A stretch of DNA of 64,000 nucleotides, taken from the NCBI GenBank assembly GCA_003344405.1, contig NOWV01000169.1, positions 62,001 through 126,000 of the forward strand. Reading direction: 5' to 3'. The stretch comes from Trichoplax sp. H2 (taxonomy: Eukaryota). Within the stretch, counting starts at the first letter, position 1. Each line of letters begins with the position of its first letter. The translations under genes and the position numbers were made by a program. Below the pieces are notes generated by a model. It made no database searches. It was not told the DNA's origin and worked only from the letters and a program-made list of their open reading frames with translations. This document shows, one piece after another, positions 50,501-64,000 of this stretch.

Positions 50501-52385
50501 AAGATATATTGCGTATCATCTTATACTGACATAAAATGAACAAATCGTTACAGTAAGTAGCAAAAAAGTCAATATATTTAGAAATTTATAACTTGAAACG
50601 GCCTCTGTAATGTATCGTATTGTACCTATAATACAATAGTCGCGACAACATATCTCTACTACTAGTAACTTTCTGATTCTTTCTTTTTTGATAAAATATT
50701 TCATCCTAATAAGAAATGTAGAAGACAATCGGCAACAAAATCTCATGCATAACGGAAATGGGGAATTTAGACAAGGAAGAATATCACAATAACTTGATTT
50801 ACAGGCTTACAGTGACGCAGTATAGTTATTTCACGTAACCCATACCTTAGGTTTATTTAACTGCTCGCAATAAAAGTTCTTAAGCCAGTCCCAATTTTCA
50901 ATCTATGTAATATTCAAAATAGCAATAAAGTTAGTAAATATAGCAGCAAAGTCACAGTATCTTTGCCTGTAATGATGTTTCTTAAGCAACCTTAGTAGCA
51001 TCCGCTAGTAATCTGTCGACATTAAATTCGTCAAGTAGTAACGTCTTGCCGATGCGATGAACAGCTAAGCTTACAGTTGCCGGGCTAATATAAACAGAAA
51101 CATTAATACGATAAAATTTCACAATTACAGTACTCTCCTAAAACGTGTACTGTAACAATTAATAAATTATAACATTGCAACAACTACTAAGCCTTCACTC
51201 GCTACAGAAAAGGATTTATATTATCATGCTGGTATATATCTACAAAATAAAATTTGCATAGTTTATAAAAATTGTATAAGTACAGTATATACGTACATAT
51301 TAACGTATTTAATGCCAAAATATCTACGTAATAGCATAATTTAATTACCTGAAAGGCATCTTCAATAGCTTTTTAATATTCTTTAAAAACCGATAATATT
51401 GCAGACCGATACGCATACGTACAGTGAGAAGTGAAATATGAAAGAAAATCAGTTATAGCGAAGTATCAGTCAGCTTTCTACCTTAGCATCCGAAATTACT
51501 TCAACTTTATCAATTGTTTCTGGAAATGCGTCGGCCAATGCAAAGCTGAGTCCAGATATAATGGAAAAGAATACAAGACAATAATTTGATAAAGACTAGA
51601 TTATATAATGTTATCACTGGTTTCACTCGGCTGTTGCAACTATATTTATAAAAATTCTTTTGAGTAAATTATCATAATCTACAACAGTCATTGAATAAGA
51701 AGACTTAATAGGGAAGTGCTATTGTACAATAATATTATTTAAAAATTTCAGCAATTCACTGTTGGATATTAAAGATAATACCTCTAGAAACATATAGACT
51801 GTACCTCGAGAGTTCGAGCGAATTTTCTGTGGGGAATAAGTTTTGTATCCACCTGGCAATCTTCAGCCAATGTAAGGGTGGCTGGTTAAGGTTAGTTTCC
51901 TGATGTCATTGATAGAGGAATCGATAATTTTAGCGGAAAGTATCAATGCAAATAGCAAAAGATTTTCGTTGAATAGGCAGGCATTATACTTATATTTATC
52001 TAATGCTGCCGTATAAAGTGCACATAACACCTCGCAAGTAGTGCTAATGGTTAATATCTGCATATACTTTACACGTAATCTTAGTTAACGATTCAATTAG
52101 CTGTAACAAGTGAACCTGTTTTACTTGACAGAAAGGCATAGGGAATTTGGCGGCAGAGTATTTAACGACAGCTGTAGAATTTATGCCATTTTCTTCGAAT
52201 TGCTCCTAGAGATTAAAATACGAATTCGATTTTGTTTCTTTAAGTACATATTCATTCTAAAATCATTTGCTATATGATATGGTATAATCAAATAAAATAC
52301 CCGGTAAAGTAAAATATGCACAGCTGCATGAATAATGTATTCACACAGAAGGGTTAAAGCCTCCTGTGTGAATTATCATGACCAT
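44537..52385 (-). CDS. EDRF1: Erythroid differentiation-related factor 1 (C10orf137) homologue, multi-exon; first exon/start uncertain
   Basis: Spliced exons give INSTAVVKYSAA, TNLNQPPLHWL, VEVISDAK|NIKKLLKMPFS|PATVSLAVHRIGKTLLLDE, NVIWKFENIKMLVGSNMPIFGRGTHPAVSLR, KPINVLTGLDYWLDNLMCNVPELAMCYHLNGIVK and LSFLKSNCTQEGHTYWL, matching recalled EDRF1 blocks. TPR-like C-terminal exons end LCDMMN-TGA at 44537. Confidence 0.92.
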
Positions 52386-53219
52386 TTTTTGACGAGATTT
52401 TTAGATGTACTCGTATTTCGATTGCTACAGTTAGTTTGAATTGTGTGGCACGTAATATGATTTGCGATCAATACAGTACAGTAACATTACAGCACTTGTT
52501 TATGTGTCAAGTGCAGTACTGTAGATTCAATATGTCAAACTAATTAATCATTACCATTATTTCACGAGATCATTGACTTGAGTGAAAGCCTTCACGCCAT
52601 TAAGATTCGAATTTGTACGGTGATAGCACTTCAATTTATAATTACCAATAATAATTATAATTATAATTATGATTAAATTTGATTTTGATTTTAATTAATT
52701 TATTTGTTTATTTACTACTGATTTAATACCGTACGGTACAGTATGATCTCCTTCAGAAATCTCAGTGAGAACAGTGCTGATTTGTTAATTAATTAATACA
52801 GTACTAGTGCAAACTCCCGTCGCTTTGCTGACGGTTTAAGATAATGTGCTCATTTAACAGATAGTATTATTACCATTTGATAGACCTGTCAGAGGTTCAG
52901 TAACTTTTTACCGTGTCAGTCAGCAGGGATAGCTTCAGTGGGCCGAATTTCGTAATAAAGGTTCACCGAAGTTATTCACTGCTGTCAGTGTACAGTACAG
53001 TACAGTACAGTACAGCGTATCAGTTGCTTGCATTCACTGTACAAACTACTGTAGACCCTGCTATTGCCTGATCACCCGCGCTATTTTGGAAGACAATTTA
53101 AACTCTTTTATTAAACGTCATTGATTTCTGAAGTACTGCCTTTCCTAAACAATAAATAAACTTTAAAAATTTATTTGTTACTCACCGTCCACTAGCATTT
53201 GCAATTCACTAGATTAAGA
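52386..53219. promoter_or_regulatory. Putative bidirectional promoter EDRF1 / FANCI
   Basis: Divergent predicted starts at 52385 (-) and 53220 (+), ~830 bp apart. Contains (TACAG)n at 52991-53015, an AT microsatellite at ~52648-52700 and copy 2 of the dispersed element. Confidence 0.6.
52804..52916 (-). mobile_element. ~113-bp dispersed repeat with Helitron-like 3' end, copy 2
   Basis: Reverse complement of 1335-1446 with a few substitutions and indels. On the - strand it ends CCGTCAGCAAAGCGACGG-GAGTTTGCA-CTAG|T: hairpin, CTAG, flanking T. Confidence 0.65.
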
Positions 53220-56200
53220 ATGAATAGCAGCTCTTTTTTGCTAAAATGTTTTGCTGAAGGAAACCAAGATGCAGTACTGAAATCCGTTAACTGCTTAAAT
53301 GAGAAACAGGTAATGCATCAAAGTTTTAAAGAGTTTATAAGGTTGTTGCTATCCCTAACTTTTTATCCATATTATTGTTATACGTATGTAAGTCTTCTAG
53401 TTTCGCATTTAGAAATAACCATCTATACTGTACGTATTTAAAAGATTTCTTCTGCAGTGGCCACTACGGCACTGTACAGTACTCATAGTACTTGAGTGTC
53501 GCACTTGATATGCAGCTCGTATTTGTAGGCCCTTGGTTGCTTTTACCCACTTAGCTGCATTCTACGGGTACGCCTTTTCGCTCGTTTACTATATCTGTAA
53601 ATGGGCTTTAAATTGTTACCTACAGTAATCTGTTTCAGAAGCCAGGAGGTACACATAGGTACAAGTCGTATGAAATTAAATAATTTAACGTAATTTATGC
53701 TGGATTCAATTACAGCTCTGCAACTTGATTGATGGACATCATCCGCAGACATGTGAACTTATGCAAGTTATTCTTAAAGGTAACATTCGCCTACAATATA
53801 TAATAAATTCTGACATTATGGCATTATACTGGTTTTTCAATAATTATTTTAGCGAAAATTTTTTATTTTAATTACTGAATAAAACTGACTCTACAAAAAT
53901 TAAGCGGCTGCATGATGAATTTGTTCTTCTTATACCATATTTTAATACTACTGTAGAACTTGACTGTAATTACCAAATACGCGTAGCAGCAGAGTGATTT
54001 AATGTACAGTACTGTGTTGACTGCAGAGGATACTATGTTGTTTAAAGGCAGTTGAACAATATCATAAGTTTATAATCTTAGTAAATTATCTTCGGCACAC
54101 AAGGAAGGATAGAGGAGTGGCATTTTGTAATGGGATATATGTGCAGGTATAAAAATTAGAAAAAATTATGTTGTGACATCAATCACTGTAACTGCCAAAT
54201 GGTAAAAGTGCAAATAGTTACCTATGCGGAATACTTGTATAAATGAACGTTATGAATATGACAAGTAAACTTAAAATGGTGGCTGTTATATTTTACTATT
54301 TGCACTTGTACAACTGCCGTATAACAGTTTAGCTATAAAGGTGACAGTAACGACGTACATGCTGTATGTAGTAGTATAGTAAGCGTTTAAGTTTTGATTT
54401 AGATGCCGTTAGTTTGATGAATTCATATTATTTAATTGCAAGCTCTAATAACTGATAAGAATGAAGGATTCCAAAAACATGACTTTGTAGTAAAACATTG
54501 TGTATCGTTGATCAATGAAGGACAGATGCCACAGAAGGTAAGACAATTAACATCTAAAATTATATAGCCAATGTCAATTTACTCGGTTGTCCTTCGCTAG
54601 TGTATAAGAGCCTGTGGCGTATTTAGATTTTTGTAAGTAATGTTTCGAATATACAGTACTTATCAGTAAGACTTGTATTGCTGTAACTATTAGGTACTTG
54701 CTGGAATGGTTAGTTATCTATTGGTACAGGTAAACGATCTATTTTACTTCAAGCAAAAAATGCGAACTTTATTATTTGTACAATATGAACAGTATTAAAG
54801 TTCTAGTATAATCCTCTACATAAAGTAGTAATTATAGGTTATTTAAGCTGGATTCTGTATCATATAAATTGATTATATGTTATCTTATAGATAAACTCGG
54901 CGTCTTGTTCACTGTTGTTGGATTTATGCAATATCTTCTTGGAAGCCATTGAATCTGGTATTTGCAGAAATGAAAAGTAGGAGCATCACCAGATTTATGT
55001 CTAGCGTATTTTAATTCGGAATTACTCTTATACCTAAAATTTAAACCCAAGGTCTTTAGAATTATTTGCGAAAGTGCTATCTGCTATTTCATTGAAGGAA
55101 AGTGTTTTCCATAAAAAAGGTAAGGTAGCGGATCTATCTGATAAGATGCTATTATACTTACGATGTAGAGTCTTGCTTTAATTTCTGAGCCCTTCCGAAT
55201 ATTCCTGCTATTCAAATCAGATATTTGCACTCCAATGAGTGGACCTCAATATAAAGCTTACATATTGAATAAATTATGCTCTAGCAGGTAATTGTTGGAA
55301 TAAAACACTATTATATGACTACTGTCTAAACAACTCCTAGAAAATTAAGGCAATACTAATTTATAGTAAACTAGCTTTGTAGTCATTTTGTGACTATGCA
55401 AGTATTTACTATACAAATACAACTGCACGTATCACTTAAAGAGCACTGCCTATTCGTAACTTTACATGTGATGCCCCCTATTGGTGCTGATTAGTTTACT
55501 TACGCTCTTAAATTTATCTTACCTAGATGGCATGCCAGCTGCATAGTATCTATGGCATCGATGTTTCGGTACGCTACCTATATATTGTAGATGAAATTAC
55601 AATTACTCTCAGTGATATTTCACGAAAGTATATTTCCAAATAATTGTGTGCCAAATTTATGTCTGTATACGAGCAATAAGAGGTGACTATAGATTTAAGA
55701 AATGTACTTGCTCTGTGCTGACCTCAATTTACCTTTACAGAGGTATTGATATGAGTGAAGAAGAACTACGTGTGGTAGTGGAGAAGATGATACTGTAAGT
55801 ATGGCTTTTAGTTATGAATATGATATTTACTTTAGTCGGTATTAGTAAGACTACCGATAAGAACTACCTATTGGTGTCGTTACTAGGACGTTACCTAGCA
55901 TTGATATTTTGGAATTGCCTCCCTTGGTATATCAGTTGCTTTTAATGTCAAATCAGGTCAGGATATCTTTGCTCCTTAGGGTTGCTTACCTAGATGATTC
56001 GATTGCAAGCAAAATATTACGTACTTTTATGAATCGTACTGTAGGGCTTCAAGAGGACTATTTTAGCTGGTATCATCTCATATATGACAAGCTTAAACTT
56101 ACAAATCCGAAAAGAACAGGAAGCATCAAAGTAAAATATGTTTTATTATTGTAGTGATTGCTCTTCTGTTCGTTGGTAATCTCTTTCATGAATACTCTTA

Positions 56201-59200
56201 CCTACTTACTACTAGCGAAATTGTGGCTATTTCTGATAAACAATTACAACCGTTAGAAGGGACTGTAATTTTACACATGACCTACGCAATTAAGCAAGAC
56301 CAAGTTTGTTCATAAGTTCATGATCCCATTGACGATATGTTTATTTCAGTTTCGTATAATCTAATACTATTTACGTTTTTATAGGATCTTGGAAAAGAGC
56401 TTATAAAATATTTTAAGGTTAAATAAGAAAATCGTTTAGGCTGAATACGAAAGCACTTTGTTGTGGAATGATTCGATTTCTCTGTCATAAGTTTCAATTA
56501 AATACTGCTACTCTTTGCTATTTTTATGTAGGAAAATTCAAATACTTCATCGTCATTCCGTTTAGCTTTATCCCTAGCCGTTGCCCGTATAAGTCGCTTT
56601 CACGATTTGGTAAATTTTGAATTAGGGTCATTTTGAAGACCATTTATAATTATTTATTCATTGTTAGAGCAAAATTACGATCTTTATAGTATTGTAATAT
56701 TGAAGTTATTTTGATTAAATTTTAGATTTTTGATATTTTGAAATCAAGTATCATCAAAGCCTACAAAGATAACGAACGTTTTAATTCGTGTCGATGGTTA
56801 AGAGGTACAATAATCAATTGATTGAACTAGCCATCAAAAAAATTAAATGGTAACTATCTATACGCATAGATTCTTCACGTACACCTCTGACGATTGAAAA
56901 AGCAACGCTCAAAGTGATCGAAAATAGGTGCAGGATTGTGTAATTGATATCGGATCAATGATAAATTTATAGAGTTGTATTTATAGCCATGATTTTGACC
57001 AATGGAGATGAAAATTTTCTGAGATTTATGTTCACTAATATAACAGATTTACAAATAATATTTCTCAGTGCTAGATAGTGATCATATGCATTATTATTCT
57101 TTCTTCTAGTTCGCTTGGATGGGATCAAGTCACTCAGGGAATGTTAGAACTTGGATTCATTCTTGTTGATGGTTTTTTAGTTAAAATACAGCCAGGTATT
57201 TTAGTAAATAAAAATTTATTAATTGTACTGTAACTTGCAAACGGCGATGACCTTTCGTGCACTTCGAATGTATAAAACTATAGCACAATTGCAAGTCTCC
57301 CGGTTAGGAACTACTATTATACTAAAATGCTTTAAGGTTAGTATTATACACGCGAACTCTACACATTTTAAATGACCGTAGTGGTACATTATTGTTTTCA
57401 CCTCTATTAAGATAGTGATCACACAGTATACGTATTAACATAATACAGACAGTTGTAGAAATTTTTATCATTTTCTATCCATCTTGAAGGTTCATGACGC
57501 GATGAGGGAAGAAATATTAGAACAAATTATAAATCGGATAATTTCCAAAGGAATAGCTACAGTTACAAATTATATTGGTAGGTTATATCTTGAAAGTTGT
57601 CTATTTCATCGTCGAAGATAACTAAACAAACTTTGCACTTTACAGATATGCTCGCTTACGCCTTAAAGATAATCAATCAGCTTTCTTCAAATATATTTTC
57701 CAAAGTAAGAAGTCCATAACTTTGTTTGGAATTAGACATAGTGCAAACACTTTTTAATTACTAAAATTTCATTATCTACCATTGAACTCGTGATTCAACT
57801 ATTAAATTGGGATGAAATGGTAACGGCACTTCTTTTATGGCCTTAAACGACACAATGATAGCTTAAGAGAGCAATTAATCATATATCATTGCTACCTTTC
57901 GAAACCTCCAGAGAAATATTACTTGCTCTATTGGTAGATAGGAATTGTTCGAACCCTTAAAACTTCATTTAAACTTGGAAATAATCGTCTGATTATCAAT
58001 TCTTTCTGCTTTGTCAGCCTCAATTTGTGTCGAACTTCAATCTGAGGGATCATACACTAAATATGTTGTTCAAGGCTGTATTTTCTAGGTAACGATCGTG
58101 TGCCTTTAACAAATTTTGTCCTGTAGTTGTAATTGTTTAAAAATGAACCGTAATAGCGTATAATTAGAGAATTATATTCTGACCTTGTACTGTTGATAAA
58201 TAAATTTGAGTAATTTTATTGGCCGCTAAATTAACTTAATTATCTTCTTGCAGATCAATTGAAGCTCGTAAAATAGCTGCATTTGGTATGACTGTTCTAC
58301 TGAAAGCGTATAAGGTATATAATCCATAATTCTTCATACGTCTGTTATCAATTTCAAAATTTACCTAACGATCCATAAGGAAATGGAGCGCGAGGGCAAC
58401 CTTAATCTATCAAGCCAGGTAGCTGTCTTATACAGCCAGGAATCTAACTTGGTACGTTACATTTTAATATCCTACTGTACGTCGGTGCTTTCATAGGCAA
58501 GTTAACGTATGATATATTTTATAATATTTAGGTACATATTCACAGCCAGACCGGTAGCAAGCTCAATCATAAGTGGGTAAAATCAGAAATTTTAAGTAAG
58601 TGATATATGGTAATTAATGAATACACAATTGATGTAATACCTTGGATTGAAGTACTCAGTCAATAATCGGATACTTCTATAGGACATTTGTAGCGTTGCT
58701 TGTCACATCAGGCGTCTGTTAAAGAGATATTGTATAAAGTAATCGGAGCTCAATTTTGATATATAGTAGGCTATGTGGAATTATTAAATATCTGATAATG
58801 TATAATTCCTTTGATAGGGTTTTTATCAGACTGTTTCTATCGCTACAGAGCTACAAAAACTCGTTTACAATATTCTGATGAAGCAAGTTAGTATATGGTT
58901 ATTAATAATATATCTATTGTAAGTAATCGTTACAATATCGATTGATTATCTCTAATAGTTTAGTAAGGTATATCGAAGCGATTCAGGGTTGTTACCTCCC
59001 TTAGCACTTCATTCGTGTCTCATAACGGTCAACGACGAAACCTTTATTGTCGAACCTTTGGTGAATTTCATTTAAGGACTGATTCATCTAAATGTTCATT
59101 TAGAAGTAGTTAATTTTTATAGATTGTATTAATTTTACTGATTAATTTGTTTCAATCTCAGCCAGCTTTAGTATATTATCTGTATCAACTACACTTTCTT

Positions 59201-62200
59201 AAAGATCCAGGTGAAGGCAATAAATCTAGTTGTAGAACTATCGTATATTGCTTAATTTGGTATGGCTAGAATCAAATTTGATATTGGGTTGTTAAATTAT
59301 TTGAATTGCTTTTATTTAGTAAATGACTTACCAGCAAGTAATCTAATATCCTCGCTAAACTCTGTTGTTACTCGGATGATTAAGTGTGAAATAGAAGACT
59401 TCCAATTGGTAGTTTATCCTAAAAGTTAGTATTAAGGAATTATGGGCATCATTTAAAATTTAATTTCCTTAATATTGCTAGGACAAAGAGGCTGACTTTT
59501 CTCCAGTTACAGCTGCAGGATGTAGAAATCTAATTCTTTGTAAATTGATTGCCAATCTTTATGAGGTGTAATATTTGCCTTCTTCTGAAAGACACTAATC
59601 TTACTACGTATTTCACGGTATGAATAATAGTGAGTTTCTTATACCATTTGTTTTCTTACTGCAGGTTTTAATTGAGTTTATGTTAAGAAAAAACGATTTT
59701 GCGTAAGTGATCGATCATAACGGGCAGGGCTTAATAACACTTAGTAAATACCTTAAATACCACCGTACGAGACGTAATTGACAGTTGCCAATTCGATTTT
59801 ATATATGTATCTAATCCACGTCAAATTTATAGCATAGGCGATTGCGAAGACGCCACACGATTATTTGAGAGATATTCTCGGATAACTCAGATTTTACGAG
59901 AAAACGGAAACAATCCTCACGGTATAACTTTGTGTGATCATAGTTGCACACAACATTATATGAGACAATGCCGCTGTTATTGATACAGAAATACTATCTG
60001 CAATTAACTGATTCTAGCAAATCATTATATGCCATGCTTCGACACGTTTTAGACTTCATGAATAGGGTAAATATAGACAATCGTGGGTAATCATGTGTTC
60101 AATATTTGTAGTACGTTCAGTAAAATCTAAATATAGATTGGAAACCATGATATCATTTAGTTGCGTTTCGACGTTAATTCGGATTATATTTGGGTAAGTT
60201 TATTAAGATTAATTAAATTCATCCCATATCTCACTAATTTTCGCTTTGCTATAATTATATTCCTCGAACTTAACAAGTATTTATAATTAATTAGCAAATA
60301 GACCTAGTTAATGACTAATATTAAGATTATTGTACATGATAGAAACGTTTCCCCATGTTATCAGGAAAGCCAGCGAATTTTATCACAGTCGATTAGTTTT
60401 GTTAAGTTTACTTTTATAGCTTTACAAGATAGATTAAATGAAGTGAGTATGCGGTAAGGCAGTAATCGTATTTAGATAGTTAATAGTATAATTAGTATGA
60501 AGTTCTAGTTTATTATAATGACGGACGGCCTTGAACTTTAGGTTGGAAGTTGTAGCGCTGATCATATGGAGATATTTCAATATTGCCAAACAGTCGGGAG
60601 GTACGCTTTCCTTAGTATTTAATTTTATCAAAGAGTTAACAATGTGAGGCAATAATAAGCTATGGTAATGGCTGTTTTTATTAAAACTCTTTAGAACTAT
60701 TTTTAAATCCATCATTGGGGAAACGGTGCATGAGACATTTTTGACTACTGATGATGGAATAATGGTAATAAGTTTTATCGATCGCTATAATGTGGTGATT
60801 TTTTGTATAATAATTTTCTGTAATTAAATGTCATAGAATAAATCAATATCACTTTTGCAACTCGAAACCTTTGGATCGTTGATCAATACGATTTTTAAGA
60901 GCTTTTCGGATCGAATTGAACCCTTCTTACGAAATCTTAGTAATCGTCTATATATATATTTTAATTCTATGCAAGGATCTGCTTGCATTTGCTGTCAGCA
61001 TTGAGCTACCCTAATATCATATATCCATATCACAAGTTACTAATGATTCGTAGGTATCTTGGATGAACAAATTAACAATCAAGATGAGATGATTTACGCC
61101 CTGGTGGCCTTTTTTCAAAAATTAATAAATTCAGCCCTCACTGCCGGTGCTGAATTTAAGCAGGCACACATCGCAATGACCATCATTCTATCCCTATTGC
61201 AGCATCTTGGTGAATCAGGGCTCAAACAAGTTAGATTTATGTCAGATTATGACTTTAAGCTTATTAATAAATTCTGTAATTTTTATTTAGCAGATTCAGA
61301 AGCATTATGAATGGCTTCTAGCAATTTGCAAGCATCAAGTTATAGGCGAGCGTTTGTTTAACATTTATTATTGCCATCCTATAATTAAATAGTTTCGATA
61401 ACTAAATTTGATTTCTGATTACTTAACTAGATGATCTTCAACTTGTTAAATGCTTCATCGATCAGTTATTTACTATTTGTAATCGGATTGAAGATATCCT
61501 AGGATTGGTATAATTTGCATTATGTATTGTACTGTAAACCGATTATTTGCTTATACTGTAGGTACAATATTGCATATAGTTACATACGCGTATATTTCTT
61601 TTGCAGCTATTAACTGTATCAATAGACATTCACGGACAACTCGGCGATGTTGAAGAAGTATAGTATACGCGTATACAGTATTATAGAAATTAGCGTGTTG
61701 CAAAATAAGCTATTTCGCTACCGTTAACTTTCTTTTCAAAAAATTATTATGCCATATTTGAATAAGGATATAGAGGTGAAAAAGCATAATAATTTTGCTA
61801 TAATTACGGAATTCACGGCTGCTCCAACGGTTTTGGTAATTTACGAACATGTCATTGTCCGTATCTTCTGTTGAAAATCGCAAAGATTGCTAAATATTCA
61901 TACTTTAGGTCATACTGTCATCTCAATTGGAAGCTGCAATGGAAAACATTGATTGGCTAGTTTCCAATCTGAATGCATTGATCTTCGATGATGATATCGG
62001 TAGAGCATGTCGTGATATTTTTGCATCGTTTGTAAAAATTTAAATTTTTCTATCATTACCTGAAATTCGATTTCTAAAATATTTATAGGTGAGGCGGAGT
62101 TCTCAAGGACTTATAGTGAGATGGAAGCGACCGTATGTTCAAGGTTAACTATGGTAGCGCAATGTTTGCAGGAAATCATAGAATCAGCTATTCCGACAAA

Positions 62201-63875
62201 GACATGCACTGAATGTTCCGTTAAAGTAAGGGCTTCGTTAATCCATTGCTGCGTGTTCAGTGTTCAGTTTATACTTTACCCTCACATCAATAGTAGCGCT
62301 TAGTAAGCAAATTGATACTTTGAAATGCATCTTAATCTCCAAATAGTATTGCTTGCGTTACGAATGTATGAGTTGCGAACCCGTACAGGACCAAAATCGA
62401 AAGTTTATTTAGAATATATTCGATTTCGAAATTCACGATCTCTCTTTTAGGGTGTTACGCGATTGTATACCAGTATGACCTTCCTTGTCAAGCATGTAAG
62501 TATTCTTCAGTTTCGGCTGGATAGATTAGTAATCTTCAGCTGTTCTAGTGATAGATTACTCAACAATGAAATGTTAATACTATATTATTAATTTAATCCC
62601 GTAGTATATGCAGTTATTTATGCGAAGACGTGTCACTGTCTCTGAAAGATTCGAAAATTTGGTAATAGTAAAACAAATACTAAAATATTATAGTTTAAAA
62701 TATTATAGTTTTTAATCATAAACATTTTCATCATCTTATTAACTTAAATTGCAGGTAAAACTGTCTGGATTGCAAGTAACACCTAAGGTTTATGCAATGC
62801 TTACATATCTTCAGGTGGATACTTTGGTACATTTACCTATTTCCATTGGTACATAAATCACTTAAAAATCTTTCTTTACAATATATATCAATAAGGCAAA
62901 TCGTGCCATAATTGAAGATACAGATGATAATCGAATTAGGAAGAAACGGAAGGGGAAGAGCAATAGTTCCTCCACAACTCGCGGAAATGTAACCAATTTA
63001 ATACGCCTTACTATCTTACAGCTTTTGTTCGAAAATTTTTCATACATGATTTAAAATATCATCTAGGCTATTTCTTTCGTGATTTGATGTAATGATATTC
63101 ATTGCAGGCAGTACGAGAATCACGTGTTATTCCGAATTTAATTTATGCTATTGAAATGTACGAAGCTCATCTCATTCGTTTGGAGGCGAAATTGCAAGTG
63201 AGGTTTTTGCTCAATTTTATGCTAAAGCACCGAAAATGGAATATCCTACAGTTTGGTGCAACATTAGCATATTATTATTATTATATGCTGTATATCAATA
63301 AACTGATTATTCTGTATTTATAGTTAATTATTGTGGTAGCATGATGCTTACAGTAAAATTACCAGTACGGTAATAATTATTAAAAGTATTTTTTTTACGG
63401 TGATTATGTAGTTACTATTACTGCAGTACTGCTAGAGTACTAAGGTGCTTCTAAGATAGCAAACTTCTTGCATCACATTCATTGGCTTGTTGATTTATAT
63501 GACTTTGTTAGGTAAACCTGATGCAATATTTCAAGCGGAGTACATCTCGCGACTTTAAAATTCATGGAGCTACCTTACAGACTATAATCGACGATGATAG
63601 TGACGACTCATATGAAGTTCCAATGGAAGTCAGTTCTCACAGTCTCTTATATGTAATAATAGGATGAATTTATTACGTTAAGATACTGAACAACTGTAGC
63701 GTTTGATGAAACGATATAGCGTATAAGCGATCCAAAGTCTGATCTTTTTCTAGATTATATTTAATATTTAAGGGTTGTTTACACTTTTTAATCAAATTCT
63801 AATTTTACGGCTATCGTTTCGACCATTTTTATGAAGGTATCAGAAAAGAATCGACCAAGAAAGAAGTTAAAATAG
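53220..63875 (+). CDS. FANCI: Fanconi anemia group I protein, multi-exon
   Basis: Exons give LELPPLVYQLLLMS, LEGTVILHMTYAIKQDQ|DLGKELIKYFK, SLGWDQVTQGMLELGFILVD, LRDHTLNMLFKAVFSR|SIEARKIAAFG, RCLSHQASVKEILY, AVRESRVIPNLIYAIEMYEAHLIRL and VNLMQYFKRSTSRDFKI. The basic tail VSEKNRPRKKLK-TAG ends at 63875. The start at 53220 is the best candidate. Confidence 0.93.
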
Positions 63876-64000
63876 AAGACTTGAGTGATCTGCTACCCGG
63901 ATAGTTTCGAAATGATCAGATTTTCGTGTCCTTTTAAATCATAACTAGAAGTAAAGTCCATGCATACTAATCAAGAAAATTACGCTATTTTTGTTTCTAA

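Overview
AT-rich, gene-dense animal genomic DNA with many short (~60-150 nt) spliceosomal introns. The composition, compact introns and abundant (ACAGT/ACTGT)n tracts suggest a placozoan such as Trichoplax (inference, not proven). Genes read by hand across splice sites, left to right: DENND10/FAM45A (-, runs off the left edge), DCTN1/p150Glued (+), a two-exon secreted prepropeptide (-), VPS51 (-), SNRNP200/Brr2 (-), an intronless huckebein-type C2H2 zinc-finger gene (+), EDRF1 (-) and FANCI (+). The most interesting object is the prepropeptide at 12152-12962. Its second exon, which the ORF track misses, ends in ...KKNKSKCGRFGSFWLMCILG*, a predicted disulfide-ringed, possibly amidated peptide resembling somatostatin/allatostatin-C-type peptides. 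Other observations: one ~112-bp element with a Helitron-like 3' end occurs in both head-to-head promoters; a small TIR element (MITE) lies in a VPS51 intron; DCTN1 has a duplicated, frame-preserving basic exon; and a 390/356-bp duplication straddles an N gap.
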